From: Eledone cirrhosa
Lineage: Eukaryota
Assembly (NCBI GenBank): GCA_964016885.1
Contig: OZ024740.1
Span: 361,894,001-361,958,000, forward strand
DNA: 64,000 nucleotides
Direction: 5' to 3'
Made by a program: the position numbers and the translations under genes. This document shows, in pieces, positions 60,332 through 64,000 of this stretch. Each line of letters begins with the position of its first letter. Position 1 is the stretch's first letter. The notes under the pieces are model-generated. The model did not search any database. It saw only the letters and a list, made by a program, of their open reading frames with translations, and was not told where the DNA came from.

Positions 60332-61830
60332 GTCTTCTTTTAAATTAATGCTATATTTGAAGGCAAAAAATTAGCAGAGATATTAGTGTCGCACTTTTTC
60401 TGGCTTACTGCAGTCTGAGTTCAAATCTCACTGAGGTCAACCTTAACTTTGATCCTTTTGAAGTCAATAAAGTACCAGTCCACTCCTGAGTTTGAGTCTT
60501 CCTCTATCTATCTTTATTGCTTTCTCTTTCTTTCTTTGCATAGAGAAGGATCAATGCTGTCAGGTTTAAAATGCCAAGACATGCTGTGTATTAGGATAGC
60601 ACCCCTATGATACCATCAAGAGTTAAGGGCCTTTTCCATTCCTTTCCTACATTTGTTCAGGCTTATGATTTATGACACTATGTTTGTTGAAATATAATAG
60701 TATATGTATTTAATTATATAATATTATGTTAATCAGCATTTTAAATATGTTTAATTGATTAGTATTTCAGTTGTTGTCTGGAAGAATTCTAGTTCTTGAG
60801 AAAATAAAAACAAAGAATTTATTTATAATGCATTACAATAATGATTACAATCTATTGAATGTTGTGCATTTCACAATATCAGAAACACTGGGCAGTAGTG
60901 AAGCAATTTCGGTACAAGAGGTAGCCACATTTGCTATTTGAACATGAAGTCATTTGCATTACATGGTTTCACCAATATTCCCATGTCTACAACACACATA
61001 CTACCATGTTTCTTCTATAAAAAGTTGTAAAGATATGTCGGATAGTACACTGTGATGATACCTTTCATATGCTTCACCCTACTATGAGGGGAAATTCATC
61101 TGTAATGCAGTCACACATAGACCCCTCCTGCAATGGTATAATTGGTGAGGAGGATAGTTGAAAATGTAAATAGACACAAGTCAGATATTGAATTAATATT
61201 TGGCCCTAGCATGTATGATGTCTACTGTTGGAATGAAGACCGGCTGACAATATATACATCAGATGTATGTAATTACTGAGCATGGAGGTGATTTATTTGC
61301 AATGCTGTCGATGTTCTGGTTGGAGCCAGCATATATGGTGTCCGCTGTTGGGATTTTGACTGGCTGACAATATCTATCAGATGTCTGTAATAACCATGCA
61401 TGAGTGGCTTCTGTTCATGTTGCTGGAGATGCACTGATTGAAGTTGGCTCAACCCAACCTGGGTGAACACCAGTACAAGTACAACTATTAAGACATATAA
61501 CACCTTTACAAACTTGAAAGAGGAACCAAATCCTAATAAAGACCCCCAGCCATGGAGCTAATGCAGCTTCAATCTGCACATGGTATTATGAACATACTCT
61601 GTTTGCAGTTAGAATGATCCAGAAAATAGGTCAAGAGTAAAATAATATATATATTTACATCACCTTCATAAACTTTGCTTTTGACAATGCAAGGGAGGAT
61701 GGTTTATGAAACATTATAACTACATTTGGATGAATTAATGGGTTTATCTATTTTGTTAAAGCTGTTGTATATTTTTGTATGTTTTGTAAAACGTTGGTCA
61801 CTCTGGAAAGAGAATGAGAGAATGAGAGAG

Positions 61831-61904
<74 letters not shown>

Positions 61905-62590
61905 GGGAGGGTAGTGGTAACACTGAAAACAAATTTTTCTTCAAATCTCAAACAATTATAATAATATTTGTGAATTTATATATAACTTATGAATAATACA
62001 TGTAAAATGCCATAGTGATACTTGGTGATTGTTTCAAATTAAACCCTAGAATGTTCACAGGGTCAACTAGATATGATGATATCAGGGCATGTGAACAAGC
62101 AGTAAGTCATGAGAGGCACTTAAAAAAAGGACCTTTTTGATAAGTGAGAATATCTCCTAACAACAAGAATTGGAGCTGGACTACTTTAACAAAAAAACTT
62201 ACGAAAGGGATATGCCCATGTCTATTGTAGGCATGCTAGGATATGCAAAATTAAGGCTTGCCAAAAACATAAACTAGAACAAGATGATGTATTGATCTGA
62301 AAATATAAGAATAGAGCTGATGTACATTGTTATCAAAGAAAACGGTTGGATAAGCAAAAAACTCCATATATGTGTATATGAGTTTTTGTGTGAAGACACC
62401 TGACTTTGTGGTTAGGGTGTTTGGCTCATACTGTGTCCTTAAGCATGGCACTTTATTTTTCACTGCTCCACTCCCACTCAGCTGGAAAAAATGAATTGTA
62501 CCTGTAATTCAACGAGTCAGCTTTGTAAGATATTGTGTCATGCTGCAACTCTCTGAGAACTATTTAAGGGAGCATATGTTTGTGGAATGC

Positions 62591-63220
62591 TTAGTCAATG
62601 TGTTTTCATTGCTGTTTAGCACTAGGCCAACTTTGATTGAGCAGCCTTTTAGTCAATGTGTTTCATTGCTGTTTAGCACTAGGCCAACTTTGATTGAGCA
62701 GCCTTTTAGTCAATGTGTTTCATTGCTGTTTAGCACTAGGCCAACTTTGATTGAGCAGCCTTTTAGTCAATGTGTTTTCATTGCTGTTTAGCACTAGGCC
62801 AACTTTGATTGAGCAGCCTTTTAGTCAATGTGTTTTCATTGCTGTTTAGCACTAGGCCAACTTTGATTGAGCAGCCTTTTAGTCAATGTGTTTCATTGCT
62901 GTTTAGCACTAGGCCAACTTTGATTGAGCAGCCTTTTAGTCAATGTGTTTCATTGCTGTTTAGCACTAGGCCAACTTTGATTGAGCAGCCTTTTAGTCAA
63001 TGTGTTTCATTGCTGTTTAGCACTAGGCCAACTTTGATTGAGCAGCCTTTTAGTCAATGTGTTTCATTGCTGTTTAGCACTAGGCCAACTTTGATTGAGC
63101 AGCCTTTTAGTCAATGTGTTTCATTGCTGTTTAGCACTAGGCCAACTTTGATTGAGCAGCCTTTTAGTCAATGTGTTTCATTGCTGTTTAGCACTAGGCC
63201 AACTTTGATTGAGCAGCCTT
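62591..63220. repeat. Near-perfect 57/58-bp minisatellite, about 11 units
   Basis: TTAGTCAATGTGTTT(T)CATTGCTGTTTAGCACTAGGCCAACTTTGATTGAGCAGCCTT repeated; units differ by one T. Confidence 0.95.
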
Positions 63221-63299
63221 ATGAAAGGTATTCCAGTTGAGACTATTTTGTCCCTTTGTATATTAGTGTCTATACTGTCCAATGTAGACTGTTTTTTAT

Positions 63300-63558
63300 T
63301 TAACCCTTTTGATAGCAAGCTACCTGAAACTGCCCTTGGTTCTACAAAACAAAACTATTTTCAATAAAATGTTTATATTTATCTAAAAATTTCCTATCAT
63401 AATTTTATCTAAAAAGTTTTGTTAAGTTATGTTTCCAACACTAGATAAATAATGAGAATGTTAGTTGCTATATCCTTCCTAATTCTTGATTATTTTCAAA
63501 ATTATTTGAAAATCACTGACAGTATCTTTTATCAAAAATATGGTAATAAAAGGGTTAA
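63300..63558. mobile_element. piggyBac-type MITE, second family
   Basis: TTAA-CCCTTTT ... AAAAGGG-TTAA; related copies begin at ~8348 and ~63872. Confidence 0.7.
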
Positions 63559-64000
63559 GATGGTAGAAAATGATTTGAGGGAAATCTTGTTACTATTTAT
63601 AGCAGAAAGAGCAATACCATAGATGATTGCCATTAACACAAAATTTACATGATGATGGTGCAGGCAGAGCTAAATACTTAAGAATCTCGTGTCATGAGGA
63701 CAAGGTTTTAGATTTGATCTCACAGCAATTTGCGTGTCTAACTCCCTACACTGTTCAAACAAAACTTAATAGAACTAAAGTGAATGGATTTATAGCAAAT
63801 AATTAGATTAGGAATGTCATCTATTATGAAAGAATTTATAACCTTGCCACAGTCAGAAAACAATATACCATTTAGCCCTTTTGATACCAAACTACTTGAA
63901 ACAATGCTGGATTTATAATGCAAAACTGTTTATTTTGAAATGTTTATACTTATATTAAATTCTTCCATCATAATTTTATTTTAAAATGTTTTCTTAAGTA

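Noticed and set aside
60885-61000. Possible Helitron/Helentron Rep remnant (AISVQEVA/HLLF)
   Set aside because: One short frameshifted motif with no supporting helicase or HUH motifs.
62591-63220. CRISPR array or repeat protein
   Set aside because: Units are contiguous and identical with no unique spacers, no cas genes are present, and single-T indels break the frame.

Overview
AT-rich animal genomic DNA, probably octopus/cephalopod (inferred from the SINE families and the extreme (TA)n/(CA)n load). I see no intact protein-coding gene; nearly all listed ORFs are microsatellite artefacts. The window holds many copies of two tRNA-type SINE families, a broken RTE-type LINE with a nested SINE, two older LINE 3' ends, piggyBac/hAT-type MITEs and several minisatellites. 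The main signal is a dense set of short non-coding elements in or beside (TA)n/(CA)n tracts that carry type I hammerhead ribozyme (HHR) folds, read by hand from the sequence. Complete folds lie at 1793-1835, 11962-12048/12552-12639 and 34139-34211/34242-34314. A recurrent UUGAAAA (U3-A8) core variant occurs in three families and a CAGAAGA variant in another. Many of these elements are long fold-back hairpins whose inversion point falls at hammerhead stem II. Two carry repeated CCAAT/E-box/E2F-like motifs upstream of the ribozyme, and one is bounded by a 19-bp target duplication that encloses its TA tracts. This fits non-autonomous Penelope-like/retrozyme-like elements, but no Penelope ORF is present and catalysis is untested. 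CpG appears to drop after about 45.5 kb, suggesting a methylated gene body.
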